Origin: Octopus bimaculoides
Lineage: Eukaryota
NCBI RefSeq assembly: GCF_001194135.2
Contig: NC_068989.1
Location: 55,443,251 to 55,507,250 of the forward strand
Direction of reading: 5' to 3'
Length of the DNA stretch: 64,000 nucleotides
Shown one piece after another: positions 27,041 to 39,664 of the stretch. The position numbers were made by a program, and so were the translations under genes. The stretch's first letter is position 1, and each line of letters begins with the position of its first letter. The notes under the pieces are model-generated. The model was given only the letters and a program-made list of their open reading frames with translations. It made no database searches and had not been told where the DNA came from.

Positions 27041-27758
27041 CATACATGTATGTATATAAAAGGATAAAAATACCAATGTTTTCTGTTTCTGATTATATGT
27101 ATGAGAGAGAGAGAGAGAGACTGCTGACACACACACACATCAATAAGTATGAACACACACACACACACACACACGTGTTTGCGTGTGTGTGTGTGTGTTT
27201 ATATACATATAGTGGGTAGGGGGTATCATACACAAAGAGCAAATTCTTGTAACCGAAAACCTGTTATAGAAGTGCATAAGACCAGTAAGTTAATTATTCC
27301 TTTGTGACCAAGAAACAATGAACAAAAACAATCATAACAACAGTTAACAGTTATTGGGCACCAGAAGCATGATGTAATCAATTGATATGCATATTCTTTC
27401 AAGATAACAACACTACACAAAGTCTGTTGGTTCCTTAAGGAATCTACAGAAATTGGATGCGGAGATAATAAAGATTTAATGTCTAGTGTTATAGAGTATT
27501 ACTTAAACGTTGATTAAGGAAACAGTGTTTTATGAGTGATTGTCATTGGTATTCCAGTTTCTCTCAGCTATTGATGTTTGTGTTTAGTCAAAAAGCTGAT
27601 TTGATAAATACACCTTGAGATGTTTTTAAAATGCCACAGTTTAGTAGAATGAATACTGGAAGAGAGAAGCTGATTCTCAAGCGATAGGAAGCCAAACATA
27701 AAAACATTCTAAGTTGGGGAGTCGCATGTACATCTTTATGTAAATGTGGTGTGGTGTG

Positions 27759-27798
<40 letters not shown>

Positions 27799-27965
27799 GA
27801 GAGTGAGAGAAGGAGGGAGGACATGAATTATAATATGTAAATGTCTGATGTGGGCGGTATATTTGAACAGTAAAGTGTATACAAACTACATGTGTGTATG
27901 TATATATGTGTGTATATTTTATGTCACTAATGTGTATGTTAAAGTGTGTGACTGAGTGTGTGTAC

Positions 27966-28016
<51 letters not shown>

Positions 28017-30078
28017 TATATATATATAAATACTATGGGTATGAGTGTGGATTTGTATATACAAAAGAAGAGTATTTCAGTGCAATCCTCCACCCATCTC
28101 TTTTGTTGCTGTTGGCCACATCTCTGGGACATCTGAATTGATGATAACAATAGCTGGATAAGCTTTGACAATACACTCAATTATTCTAGACTATTAGGCA
28201 CACAAAAATAAATTAAATAAATAAATAAATAAAGACAAATCAACATCAATAAAGGATGTTTTAGTTAATACTGCTGTTGTTATTGTTAATGTTGTTGTCA
28301 CTGTTGTCATACAGTGCTGGGGGAGATTGCAGGGGAGGAGGGTACATTCAGAGTAAATGTGGATGAAATGTTGGTAATTTATTTTAAAATAAACAAACAT
28401 ATAAAGAAATAAATTAGGATAAAAGGATTCTAGAACTGTACTAGAAATGAAAGTTTGCATAAACTTTGTTGGCCACTCTAAAAAACAATAGGTGAAGCAG
28501 GAGAAGCATGGAGTTGAGATTAAATGGAAATACTTCTCATGAGAAGTATTATACACAACAATAGGGCAATTAGGTCTAGAAAGGAGGAGAGGCTGGAAAA
28601 AACAACATACTGGTATGTACTGATAGTGTGTAGTGTTGTTTTGGTTATTGTAGAGAATGGTTGTGATGCTGTAGACTGTGTTGTTGGTGAAGGTAGAGCT
28701 ATGAAGACAGCAGCTATGGTGGTCGTGGATAAACAAATTAATGGTAGTACCGATTGATATTGGAGGGTAGAATCAGTGCTAGTAGACACGTTGTTTAGTC
28801 AAAGATCAGTTTGAATCAAGCAAATTTACGATCAAAGGAAACCCACCCATGGCCCACCTTTTCCTTTTCTAGAGCTATGTTGGACTATATCCACCAATGC
28901 AATCTTTCCTTAAGACAGTCGGGTATAATTTGAAAGAATTGGCTGTTATTTCTAGTAGGTTAGGTTTGGTGAGTATAGAGGTTTCCTCATGGATCATGTG
29001 GATTGCAATAGTGGTGGTAGGTTGACTCCGGCTGTGCTGGAAAGCATTTAATACCTAAAAACAAAGAAACTCCCAATGCTTGTTGTTTTTAGATTTCAAA
29101 CACCAACAGAAGGAGAATTTGTTGACTGACTGCATGGATAATCTCAGTTTATCAAAGTTCTTCCAAGTTGCTACATTACACATGAGAAACTCCACCATAT
29201 GCAAAACACAACCCTTAAGGTATTTTCCTTCATCCACACAACTGTGCTGGTGTGATGTTACAATTAACATTAGTATTGGTAGTGTTAGCAGTAATAGGGA
29301 ATGAAAGTGATGGTGTTGGTGATAAAGGCAGTGGCTGAATGATGATGTGTACTTATTTATAGCTCTCAAACAGATAAACCATTAAAGAGAAAGTTGAAGA
29401 GACTGCTGGAGTAGTTTCATTCTAATTACACCAGGACAGGAGAGAAAAAGACAAAATAGTTTGCTTCCTATATAATGATAAAAAATAAAAGGTTGTGGAG
29501 GGAAGTCTTTGATCCATCAAAAGTAACTAACAATGGTTGGTAATAGATGAATTTGGGAAAATTGTGATGAAAAATATAAACAGAATTACAACTAGAGGAA
29601 AAATACCAGAAATCTTTTGAAAGAAAAGCGACAGAATGGTTGAATGGAAGGACAATTCAAAATCGAAATTCTCTTCATGGTTGGTTATGTAGAACAATAT
29701 ACTAAAAACTGTAGCAGAGTCTCTGTCACTGAAACATTACAATTTGAAAATTACAGAATTAATTGTAACCATAGTCCAAAATATTTCTAACACAAGGCTA
29801 GAAGTTTGGGTGGGAGGAAGGAATTCTAAATTAAAAAGACCAAATTACATAATCGGTACATAATTTTATCAAACCTAGAGGGGTGAGAAGGAAAGCTGAT
29901 CTCAGCAGGATTCAGTTTCAGAATGTAGAGCCATAAATGTTGCAAGACATTTTGTACAAAGCTCTAACAATTCTGCCAATTCACCATTCTCAATATGAAT
30001 ATGGCACAGATAAGTTAGTAAAAGTGCAGTTGTTTACACTGAAATCAAATGAAATGAAAAAAAGTAATGGTATATACA

Positions 30079-30131
<53 letters not shown>

Positions 30132-30289
30132 GAACTCCCAAGAAGACCAAAGAACTATACTAACTAAGGATTATAGTGACTACCAATTGTAACTGCTCTC
30201 TTTAAGGTATCATAGACCATCCTACAGGTGAGTACTGAATGTAGGACCATTCACTCAGGTTGTGCTTGTCACTCTCCCCACCTTGCATC

Positions 30290-30800
30290 AAAATTACAGG
30301 AGGCATCACTTCTCCCTCTATTCTCACATTTACCTCAGATGGAAATTGAACAGATCAATGAGAGCTTTCCTAAAGAGAAAGACATCTATCCATAATCCTT
30401 TTGGTCACATACACCAAGAAATCTCTTTTGCCACAACTCACAGAACAAAACTGCTGGCCCTTCTTGGCCAAATGAAGTCAGCAAAGCCATCATCAGGATG
30501 GACTTGGCTAATAAGCCAGATCCATTTTCTACACAATAGCTCGCTGATAAGACCCTCACACACCAACAACACATGGTCATTGAATGTTTGTTTGAAGAAG
30601 GATTTTGGTGCATTATGCATATCTTGGACAGCCAGCTGGTGGAACCTTCATGCCTGTACTTTACTTCAAACCAACACACTCCCTTTGGCATCACTGTCAG
30701 ATGAAGAATTACCTACAATGATTGGGCTGAAAGTATTCCAAACCTGACCAGCTGGCTGATTCTTGACAATGCCCAGCATTTGTACAAGAACACTGTCACC
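30290..30800 (+). mobile_element. I/Jockey/CR1-group LINE 3' remnant (post-RT region)
   Basis: Mixed-frame LTFTSD..W, ALL..M.SKAI.R, TL.HQ..V..CLF, HTPFGITV.R and SIP..TS.L resemble the post-RT tail of this LINE group. Confidence 0.45.
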
Positions 30801-31549
30801 CTACATCAGTTATCCATGGAAAGTTTATTTGGTTGTTCCAGACAGTATGGTCAACTCCAAGAGCTTCCAGCTGTTCCAAACTCATTAGTCTAACCAAAAC
30901 CACATGTTGTGGAGACTGTTGCAGAGAGATTTGTCTGGAATTTCACAGGCCAACACATTCTCAACTACATGTACAACAAGTGCCAAACTTTGTGCTCTGA
31001 GGAGTTAAGGACAGAAATGATCAATAATGTCTCTTGTCCATATCCTTCTTCAACATCACTATTACTTCCTGGTCTTTACAACTCAGAATTCTCCAGTCCT
31101 GCCAACAATCACAGTAACTTACCATCAAACTGAAAAGCAGAGTGCTACTCTTTGCTAAGTCCTATCAGTCCTACTCCACTCACCTGCTTCAAAGTAATCC
31201 ACAATCAATAATGACAATCACCCTCATCAACTGCTGTTAAAGTTTCTCTCTATTTTTCTTTTGGTGCGTGTGTGTGTCTGAGAGGAGAGAGAGAGAGATT
31301 GTTGTTATTACTGCTGGTGTTCCTTTGTTTTTTTAATGTCTTTTGTTTTTGCTGTGGTGGTTGTAGTCTTTGTTTGTTTTCCCACTATTGTATTTGTTGA
31401 TGTGATATGGCTCTATCTGTTGTTGAGGTAATGGTGATAGTATTGCATATGGTTCNNNNNNNNNNGACCAAAAGGCTTTCAACTTTTTTGTTTATTTCTT
31501 TTGTTGTTGTCTTTTAAATCTTTATTTTACAGTTTTTCTTTTTCTCCTG

Positions 31550-31788
31550 TTAAAGACCTCTTGCAATAAGTCTTTTGTTTTGACCTTGTTGCACAATGAG
31601 GTCTTCTAATTGTAGAGATCTGGAAGAGAAGGTAACACTGTGCATGTGAGTATGTTTGAGCTTTCTCGATAAAGGTGACATTGCTAGAAGGTTTCCTTTG
31701 GTCGTGGTAGTGGGATCTGTTGGTGCTTTTGATGTGATTGGAGTTGCAGGAATTGTAGCAATGTAGACCTTCCTTCTTTCGCCTATTA
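31550..31788 (-). CDS. Candidate alternative last exon (phase 1): VIGERRKVYIATIPATPITSKAPTDPTTTT...RLIARGL*
   Basis: Acceptor tactttctgctcacag|ta (AG 31790-31789) enters the ORF-track frame 31550..31891 in phase 1. 239 bp = 2 + 79 codons. AATAAA at 31526-31521. Confidence 0.4.
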
Positions 31789-32157
31789 CTGTGAGCAGAA
31801 AGTACTTAAGGTGGTTGGTGGTACCACATATGTCATACATAATCCTTCTCCTATCTACTGCCACAACTAGTTGTGAGCAGTTTGGTAGCAATCATCTAAG
31901 GGATATTTTCAATCCTTTCCTGACTTATTTGGATTGCAAGCTCCATTCCTATCTTTCACCAGTCCCCAGGTACACACTACCACCAAGATAGTCATTTCAT
32001 CCACTTCAGCTATCAATAGTTCATTTCTGTCAGAAGAAACCCCTTAACCTTCACCAGTTGCCAGCCCAAATCTGACAGAATGAGGTGTGAACTACTAAAT
32101 CTTAACTGAGCCGGAGAGTGGTTCCTCACCTCATCTTCAGAGAGGAACCTATCTTAC

Positions 32158-32179
32158 CTCCAATGCTCCATATCTTCAG
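32158..32179 (-). CDS. Candidate 22-nt microexon (phase 1 to phase 2): AEDMEHW(R)
   Basis: ccttccttgctcacag|ctgaagatatggagcattggag|gtaagat. Strong donor, moderate acceptor (other AGs lie close upstream). Confidence 0.25.
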
Positions 32180-33160
32180 CTGTGAGCAAGGAAGGCTTTT
32201 TTTGTCCTATATTATTTTCAAATACTTTTTTACTTGGATGTGTGTCAGCTTTTCTATCTGCTGATTTTTCATGCCTGTGCACTGGCATATCACAATAATC
32301 TTTTCTTTTTTTTTAATTTCAAATTTTCCATCACCATTGAGATACAGCCAAGGTAATATTTCTTCTCTCATTCTGAATGAGGCCTATGGTTTTTCTAAAC
32401 TGTTCTTATCTTGTAACTCTAGTTATTCCAAGGCTTTTTGCTGTACAGGCAAATGAGCCCAATCTGAGAAACCACTTTACCAGAGCCTGTTATTGTTCTC
32501 TGCCTCTTTTACCATTGGATCTGAAAGCACTTGCTTGCCAAAGAGGAAGTGGTGATGTTACTTGGTACAGTGATATTCAGCTCAGTTCAGTTAAAAGGTT
32601 GGTTGGGGTGGTAATGTTGTTGATTTTGCCACTAGGTATGCTGTTGCTGTTGCTACAGCCTACTGCCTCTTCTCTGTGTCTATGACTGCAGTGGCTGTTG
32701 TGGTGCTGAATCAAAGAGAAGAGCATGTCCTTCTCAGTGAAGGGAGAGAATGGGAGAACCTTCCATTCGAAACCTCTTCTTCTTCCCTATGTGTATTCCC
32801 ACCCCTTCTCTCATTAATTGGTTATCACATATGATGTCATGTTTAAACTGTTTAATTTTTTTCAAATTAAATGTTTTTCTATCTGAGGATTATGTCTCCA
32901 GATAAAGCAAAAAACAAAGGAATTAACCAATCCTTTGTAGTCATAGTCAGTTCCTCGACAAGACAAAGCATAAACATTAATGAAAACAAACCCCTAAATT
33001 AAGAAAATATTAAACTTTTTTTCTTCAACTTCTGGGGCATTAGAAATATGTGGTACACAGCCCAGAAGAAGCAGTGGTATTAGCAATGATGATGATGGTA
33101 ACAACAACAACAACAATAATCGTTCAATATTATTAAATGGTGCAAAAGTCATTTGCTTAC

Positions 33161-33791
33161 CTGAATGTCGTATTCGACCATCTGTTTTACGTCTCATCAA
33201 ATCCTCAATTTCTTGCTCCATAAACAAATTATCATCAAAATCCATACTGTCATCAGATGTAAGTTCAGCCTGCATATCAGCATTAGTTCGGTGCCGATCT
33301 TTATAACCAGCAAGCTCTTTTCCATTTTCATTCAAAACAAATTTGTTAGAAAGATCCAGAGCACTGAGAAGTCCAGGCTGGTTTAGAATTTGTCCTTGAA
33401 TCATATGAGGAGTCAACATTCTCAAAGCATTCCTTGATGGTGAAAGGGCAAGTGTCATCTGTGCCTCAGTTTTAGAGGGTGCCAAAACACCATCGCTGCT
33501 TTCATACCCAACCCGTTCGTCAGGCGGCTCAGTTTTGCTGACTTCGCGCAGATGTTCTTTATCTGAAGGAGAATTAATTTCTTCTTTTGGAGTTTGGGTC
33601 GGGGAGTGCTGAGGAGACTTTGATGTGTTATTGGCATCATCTCCTGCTGCACTGGCACCATTGTCAATGTCTGTAATACTAGCATCAGCAGATGAGTTGG
33701 CACTTGTAGTGGTTCTTTTAAACTCTGAGTTACTGGTTGGCTGACTCTGCTCTTCATAATTAGAATCTAAAACTTCCTGCTTAATTTGCAT
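33161..33791 (-). CDS. Pax-beta: Large N-terminal coding exon of the same Pax gene (210 aa, low complexity, MQIKQE...RRKTDGRIRHS)
   Basis: Longest non-repetitive ORF in the window. Donor CATTCAG|gtaagc at 33160 (phase 1) matches the phase-1 acceptor at 671, giving ...[15 protein letters not shown]... in frame. ATG at 33791 has a purine at -3; an in-frame TGA at 33854-33852 bounds it upstream. The true start could differ if an internal acceptor is used. Confidence 0.82.
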
Positions 33792-33857
33792 TTCTAGCAC
33801 TACTCCCACTGGTGTGTGTGTGACAGCTAATGTACTCAGTCGGCACACTGCTCACAT

Positions 33858-33895
33858 CTGTGGCAGTGATTGAAATAATAAGGAAAGGAATCAAC
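33858..33895 (-). promoter_or_regulatory. 3' splice site upstream of the N-terminal exon
   Basis: ttcctttccttattatttcaatcactgccacag|ATGTGA, AG at 33859-33858. Confidence 0.55.
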
Positions 33896-34087
33896 AAAAC
33901 GGAGATTCCACACAAACAAGTGTGGACAGATGAACATTATGGTGAAAGTAGAAAATTGTCATTTCTATAATAATAATAATATTCCAAATGTGTTAGCAAA
34001 TTTGAAAAAAAAGAAATATCCAGTTCTGTGAGGAGCTTCATCAGGGTATTGGTTTCCCCAGGAAGTAGTAACAACTTCATTTCACAC

Positions 34088-34115
34088 CTGGAAAAAAACA
34101 AAGAACAGGAACACT
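34088..34115 (-). promoter_or_regulatory. Strong 3' splice site 230 bp further upstream (alternative acceptor or 5'UTR exon start)
   Basis: tgttcctgttctttgttttttttccag|gtgtga, AG at 34089-34088. Confidence 0.45.
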
Positions 34116-34720
34116 TTTAATTAATTTAGTCTATGAAAAAAATCTAATTTGCTTAATATACATATGCAAATATTGTCTAATTAACTAAAAACTATACTGA
34201 ACTGTTAACTTAAAATGCAAAAATAATCTCTTTTACTTAGTTTTTACATTTAACAATATCAAAGTCCTTCATTGATTACTCATACTCTCTGATGTATTTG
34301 TATATGAAATGCTAGTTAGTAAATTAACAAATTTTAAAAAGAAAATGTAAAAACAAAATCACAAAAAACATTTGATGAAAGCCCAAACCAGATATAACAA
34401 TTTATAAGTGATTTTAACTAACCATTAATATCAGCAATTAATCAGTAAAAAGGCTTTGAGTAACAGAGCATGCCAATATCACAAAATATTTTTTTATATA
34501 GATTTTTAAAAAGCAGACTTTGAATATGCAACATTTAATGAGTATCATACTATTAAAAATGATATAAATAACATGTTTATGTTTTTGTGAGTTGCAACAT
34601 GATATGAAGAGAATTATTAATATGAAAATGTGAGATTTGATTTAAAACCAAGCAACATGATCTGTATATGAGTGTGTGCCTGTTAAGAGCTTTGTTGTAG
34701 CAATAATTTATGTTAGTGGT

Positions 34721-34930
34721 AGAAATGTAGCATAGCAACTAGAGAACCAGAGAAATATATGTAGCATGATAACTGGGGAACCATAGAAATATATGTAGCA
34801 TGATAACTGGGGAACCATGGAAATGTATGTAGCATGATAACTGGGGAACCATGGAAATAAATGTAGCATGATAATAAGGGAACCAGATATTTATATGTAG
34901 CATGATCATTTGAGAACCATAGAAATATAT
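34721..34930. repeat. 34-bp minisatellite, about 6 copies
   Basis: Unit agaaatatatgtagcatgataactggggaaccat at 34751, 34785, 34819, 34853 and 34887, with degenerate edge copies. Confidence 0.95.
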
Positions 34931-36774
34931 CAAGCTCTCTATTACCACTTATTGAAATGATGACTTATCTACATTAGTGGGAGGGATTGCAGGCGAAATT
35001 TGAAACCACCTGCTAATGAAATCTCACAAAGTCTATCAATATGTGAAAAATGGTTTAATCCTGAAGGCCAGATCAGTAATTTAATATATATCACATACAT
35101 GCGAGTTTGTTAAATTAAAGATACATTATTTTTACTCAATAAAGTTGCACCGGCATAGCTTCTTTTGCACCTGCAACTCACCCCAATTATTGAAAACGTT
35201 TTGCATGTCTGATCTACAATCAGAATCATAAAAAGTACATGGTGCCAAACTTGTTGTTTATAGCAAATCCTAATTTTGCTGAGTAAATAAATACCCCAAA
35301 ATTCTTGCATGAATTATGCAATATAACCAGAATAAGGTGAGAGTTGCTCCACAGCATTGTAGAAAATTCAACTGCTTAATCGCATATAAATATTAAATTG
35401 GTTTAACTTGTATATCAAAACAATGGGTAATTTATAGAAATTTACCATTAAACAGATAGAAATAGGAGCAACAATTGTTTATGTAATTTGTACAAGTATT
35501 TATGTTTATAAATCATTCTGATAGAAGCTTGTAACAGCCTTGTACCAACTACTAATAGTGAATAATAGCCAGTTAAATTTTCAGTTGATTATAAATGAAG
35601 ATAAAGGTTAAATAAAGTATATACAATAAAGAAGCTTAACTTTCAAAATTTTCCACAAGTATATTATTACACTTCCTACGATACAATAAAGTTTTATGCT
35701 AAGAGTTGATTTGTAAAGATTATGAAAAAAGAAAGAAAGAAAAGACATCATACAATAGCAAAGGCATAGGTTAACGAAATGAAAACCAATACAAATGCAT
35801 CAGGTATTAAGCTGGACCCATTTCATTGCTTGTTCAAATACTAGGCATTGTATAGCACTGGTAATAAATAACTGGATTTAAATCTCTGTCTTTGCTGTTC
35901 ACCATTGGTATTATTTTATCCTGCATTCCTTTAAAACTATTGTAAATAGCCAAACCTTTTAACATCTGACACAAAATTTTATCAATAGACAAAGTGTTTG
36001 CCAATCACATCTAAGTAAAATCTTCTACTCTAATAATTAACAAGTTTATAATTTCTGGCTTCAATTTTACATTATTCCACATCATTGAGAATCATTAATA
36101 ATCATTTTTAGATTTCGAAGTAAAAATTCTCTGATGTATTACTAAATTATCTCTCACCTGTATCTCAAACAATCATAAACCACTACTACAACCTGATTTC
36201 TTTTCTCTTTTACATTCAATTTTCTATATGAATTAGGAGCTCATATGACAATGGCACTTCATAAAATAACTTTCTCTTGTTTAAAGAATTTTTTGATTTT
36301 CTCAGTAAAGTAAATTGAGGCAAATTAACGATAAAATATTAACAAATATTAATGAACAAATATTAATAAAGTGTATACTGAAAGTTAATAATAATGATAC
36401 ACAACTTTCTTATAGAAGTGGTGTGCATGCGTGCGTGTGTGTGTGTGTGTGTGTATGTGAGATCGTCTTAAAAGAGGGGATTAGATGTCTTAAAGGCACA
36501 CTAGAGAACTTAGAGATATCAATAATAGTAAAGTGGTAATCGTTTAGAGATAAATGCTGAGAACACTTCCACTAGAAAGTAATTAGGATGGATATGGAGA
36601 TGTCTTATACAAATCAATTCAAGTTAAGTGAATTACAAAATATTTACTTCTGATAAAATTTGATGTGATTCAATGAAATGTACAAATTTTTTCTTCTGGC
36701 AATAGTTTTCACTTGTTTGCACATAATGAAGAAACACAATTTACATGTAGCTTTGATAGGGTAGTAAGTATTTA

Positions 36775-36806
<32 letters not shown>

Positions 36807-37397
36807 CATCATCAATGATAGCAAATGTTTGACCCTACAGGACTTAATTTCATACTTTTATTTACATTAAGCATACCCATTGTGTACACCATGTCCATGA
36901 TTAACAAAGTATAATAGCAGCTTATAAAAATAAATTAATCAGGTACAGAGAAAATATTTATAAATAAATGCAGGCAGAAACACATGATAGTTAATGTAAA
37001 ACAGTTAAACTATTACTCACAGAGAGCAAGTAAAAGAAATAGAACATGACAGGGATTGGTCAGCACACACCAGAGAACTAACCAACTTAGGATGGAAATA
37101 TGAGAATTGATAGCAAAAGCCAAGGAAATAAATACGTCAAACTGATAAAGCAGGCTAGAGACTATTTAGAAAAAATAATCATCATCATTTTAACATTCGT
37201 TTTTCCATGCTGGCATGTGTTGGTTGGAATTTGTTGAGGAAGATTTTCTACAGCTGTATGGTTACATTTGCTTCTCAATCACATAGTTTCAGGTTTAGTC
37301 TTATGGTGTGGTATTTTAGGCAAGTGTTTCCTACTATGATGGCCCCCAGGCCAACCAAAGCCTTGTGAGTAGATTTGGTAGATGGAAAACTGAATGA

Positions 37398-37453
<56 letters not shown>

Positions 37454-37496
37454 CTCTCTCTCTCTNNNNNNNNNNTGTGTGTGTGTGTGTGTGTGC

Positions 37497-37541
<45 letters not shown>

Positions 37542-39029
37542 CTCTTGTCTTGACATTGCATGGTAATTGTAAATGAATATCATTCATTCCCAAAATGTTA
37601 CACAAACATGTCTGGCCATAGAAAAATCTGCCTCAATAAATTCCTTCTGACCCATTTTAATGGGTCAAAATTATCACAAACTCTTTTTGACCCATTTTAA
37701 CGGGTGAAAATTATCATGCATGCAAAATTATCAACATTATTATTTAACGTCCACTTTTAATTCACTGCTGGCATGGATTGGATGGTTTGACAAGAACCAG
37801 TAAGTCACAAAGCTGCAGCAAGCACAAAACAATAATGATGAACATATACATGTATATTTATATTTATATGTATATATATATAGATTTGTTCATTTGTTTT
37901 ACATCCATTTTTTCCATGCTAGCATGAGTTGGATGAATATGATTACTGAGGCATTATTTTACAGTCAGATATTCTTTCTTGTTTTTCAAGAGGTTTCTTA
38001 TTCTTTTTTTATATTCCACTTGCCTTTGAAAGTGCAGAAGCTAGAAAAGACAATTTTCTTGACAAAGAAGATCAACAAACAACACCATTTTCAGCTCAAT
38101 ACTTTCATGTGAAAGTGCAGAGTGTTAGCATTAACCAGGACAAACCCAGACACACAGGCATATGAATTAGGAGTCATTAACAGTGTTTTGTTTCAATGCT
38201 ATACTATACTAAATACTATATCAACAGATTTTAGCCAATATTGTATGTAACAAACAGATATAACTTTACATGAAATATCTGTGTAGGCAGAAAAAAGGGG
38301 ATCTGCCAAGCAAGTTTCAATCCTGTGATGGGATTCTGTCAGCAACTGAGTAGTACTACTTTTAACTGTCCATGAAGACACTGCTTGTAAATCCACTACT
38401 ACTAAAATCACTGATGAAGTACCAACACAGGATTAAAACTAGTCCAGCTGCCTTGAAGAGTGTAGTCAAAGAAATCAAACCCAGGCTACACTATGCAGTG
38501 AGACTGAACACTGAACTATATGGCAGTAAAGTGATCGCCTTAATCACACAGTCATACTTATGTCTATGTCCTAACTGTAGCCAGACATTTGTATGTGCTA
38601 AATTCATGTGCACATGCATGTGCATGTGTGTACATGCACATACATCTTGGACAAATCTATTTGGTCAGTATATGAAAAAAACATTAGATCAATGTTGATG
38701 ATGATAACAACAATGACGAGTAGAACAAAACATACTCTATTTTGTTTGTATTGAAGCTGAAAATAGTATAGGATTAGAGACTATATTCGAATATATTCAA
38801 CAATAAAACTTTTTCTTTGTATAGCCTATAGTATATATAACCCAGGAGAATACACATTACGAGGTGAGAGATATGAAGTAACAAAGTGAATAAGTGTTCA
38901 TTAGAAGAGAGAAGTAAGAAGGAGCCTCAAGACAGAGAGTGTACAATATAATAGAAAGAAAAATATGCTTCGAGTAATTGATCAGTAAAGTGAAAAATGT
39001 AAACAAAAGGTAAATAATCCTTTCTGTTA

Positions 39030-39215
39030 TAGGTACAAGGCCTGAAATCTGGGGGAGGGAGATAGTTGATTGCATCAACCCCAGTACTTGACTGGTACTT
39101 TTATCATCAACCCCGAAAGGATGAAAGGCAAAGTCAACGCCGATGGAATTTGAACTAAGAATGTGAAGACAGATAAAATGCCTGGCGTGCTAAGGATTCT
39201 GCTCGATTGCTGCCT
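39030..39215 (-). mobile_element. Copy of the 53739 SINE family (reverse)
   Basis: Reverse complement of the same head and body. Confidence 0.78.
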
Positions 39216-39435
39216 TTGACCAAAAATATTAAAAAAAAAAAAAAAAAGGTAAATAATATGAAGTAAAATGCTAGGTGCCAAAGAGAGGGAGGAGTGATTC
39301 TCAAAACCAGGATGTGAGAGGAGACAGGGTGATAATATATAAGGTTTCAAAATGGATTAGTATGGAAGAGTAACTTTTGAAATAATAGCACAGACAAACA
39401 TACACACATGGATGTAACTATGACAGGAATAGCAT

Positions 39436-39664
39436 TCATCCTTTAACATTCAGATTATTCTGTCAAATATAATGTTTATTTATGCACATTGTTTTGAATT
39501 TATCATGCATTATCTAGTAGCTTCAAGATTTCAACGACGTGTCAGTTTATTTTATAAATGACATGGTAGGATAAGCATGAGAAGCCAGATCTGGCCAGTT
39601 TAAACATAAAACAGGTAGAATATTTGGGGTTGGATATGGCCAGTTTAAATGCTAAAGAGTTAAA
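39436..39664. mobile_element. piggyBac-like MITE, copy 2
   Basis: cctttaacattcagatt...tttaaatgctaaagagttaa, same family as 1072-1312, TTAA at the right end. Confidence 0.62.

Larger units (their letters stand above)
672..33160 (-). other. Predicted ~32.5-kb GT-AG intron between the N-terminal exon and the paired-domain exon
   Basis: Canonical donor and acceptor in compatible phase; the junction is inferred, not observed in RNA. Confidence 0.72.

Noticed and set aside
30262-31133. ~270-codon plus-strand frame with few stops as a novel pseudogene or viral insert
   Set aside because: The recognisable part fits a LINE post-RT tail across frames; the remainder has no identifiable motif.
32994-33160. 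C-terminal part of the 284-aa ORF (KQMTFAPF...LLLLLL...)
   Set aside because: Lies beyond a consensus donor (CAG|GTAAGC); read-through into an intronic simple repeat.
34721-34930. CRISPR-like array
   Set aside because: Units are contiguous with no unique spacers, no cas genes, eukaryotic context.
37420-37545. Apparent tandem duplication around the 10-N gap
   Set aside because: Likely redundant contig ends at a microsatellite.
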